A stretch of 64,000 nt of DNA from Dictyostelium discoideum (Eukaryota), in contig CM000150.2 in the NCBI GenBank assembly GCA_000004695.1, positions 2,944,001-3,008,000 on the forward strand. Reading direction: 5' to 3'. Below the pieces are notes generated by a model. That model made no database searches. It saw nothing but the letters and a program-made list of their open reading frames with translations, and was not told the DNA's origin. Shown here piece by piece: positions 63,465-64,000 of the stretch (positions within the stretch are counted from its first letter, which is position 1; every line of letters begins with the position of its first letter). Made by a program: the position numbers and the translations under genes.

Positions 63465-64000
63465 ATGTTGGTACCAATAAAAATAAAATTTATTTTAAAA
63501 AAAAATTAATATTAATTTTTTTTTTTTTTTTTTTACCAATTTTAGGCAAAATATTAAATGTGTTGTTGTTGGTGATGGTGCAGTTGGTAAAACCTGTATG
63601 TTAATTTCATATACTACAAATGGTTTTCCATCAGAATATATTCCAACAGTTTTTGATAATTATTGTGCAAATTTGATGTTGGAAGGTAAGCCCTATAGTC
63701 TTGGACTTTGGGATACTGCAGGTCAAGAAGATTATGATCGTTTAAGACCATTATCATATCCACATACTGATGTATTTTTAATTTGTTTTTCAATTATTTC
63801 ACAAGCATCATTTGAAAATGTTACAACAAAATGGTTTAAAGAAGTTAATCATCATGCTCCTGGTGTACCAATAATTTTAGTTGGTACAAAACAAGATATT
63901 AGAAATGATAATGATTCAATTAAAAAATTAAAAGAAAAGAATATTGAATTAGTACCATATGAAAAAGGTTTAGAAAAAGCAAAAGAAATTAATGCAATCT
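63465..64000 (+). CDS. Rac-family Rho GTPase. The 5' part runs off the window end. The start codon appears split as AT|intron|G.
   Basis: From 63546: (M)[151 protein letters not shown].... The upstream AT at 63465-63466 is followed by GTTGGT, and the intron ends at TTTTAG (63545). Only this arrangement gives M-Q-N-I-K. The donor is weak and the structure is unconfirmed. Confidence 0.7.

Noticed and set aside
63465-63476. Rac exon 1 as ATGTTG with a GTACCA donor
   Set aside because: It leaves exon 2 in the wrong phase, and the frame hits TAA immediately.

Overview
This window is AT-rich, intron-poor Dictyostelium discoideum-type nuclear DNA: long A/T homopolymers, CAA/AAT coding repeats, short GTAAGT/GTATGT...AG introns, and ATG-only or split-ATG first exons. 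It is gene-dense, with about 30 protein-coding genes. The recognisable products are listed below; the three function-less cases are the two-pass membrane protein at 304-1241, the two-exon gene at 11284-12203 and the two small paralogous transmembrane proteins at 44150-46097.

Protein-coding genes recognised by family:
- acetylornithine aminotransferase (argD-like)
- a frizzled/smoothened-like seven-pass receptor
- an ANKZF1/Vms1 (VLRF1-domain) homolog
- a C2CD5/CDP138 homolog
- a LIM-domain protein
- an Omp85/Sam50-like beta-barrel protein
- the SNW/SKIP splicing factor (snwA)
- a calmodulin-like EF-hand protein
- an LSm-domain protein
- a SUV39-type SET-domain methyltransferase (suvA-like, about 1535 aa)
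- a long-chain acyl-CoA synthetase
- a GT14 branching glycosyltransferase
- a secreted endonuclease/exonuclease/phosphatase (EEP) family protein
- a syntaxin
- a full-size ABCG/PDR transporter
- a partial Rac GTPase
- a divergent Arp10/11-like actin-related protein

Standout features:
- A tandem array of five paralogous genes at 10.2-18.1 kb. Each encodes a protein built from two NTF2-like/SnoaL-like domains in tandem, and copies 2-5 are nearly identical. A truncated half-copy pseudogene lies 37 kb away at 55.1 kb.
- A roughly 4.7 kb TRE3-type non-LTR retrotransposon at 18345-23037, with ORF1, an APE-RT ORF2, a poly(A) tail and a 15-bp target-site duplication. It is inserted about 30-40 bp downstream of a tRNA-Ser(UGA) gene, and ORF2 carries a single in-frame TGA.
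- A candidate Class I small ncRNA gene at about 57190-57252. It has a terminal stem, the conserved CCTTACAGCAA motif, and an upstream DUSE (TCCCATAA) element about 60 bp before it.
- Two tandem paralogous genes for small single-pass membrane proteins with a Q/P-rich (QPQF) tail.

Several intergenic conserved repeats and GC/GT-rich islands are flagged as candidate regulatory or ncRNA elements. Exon boundaries were derived by hand from GT..AG signals and frame continuity, so treat them as accurate to within a few nucleotides.
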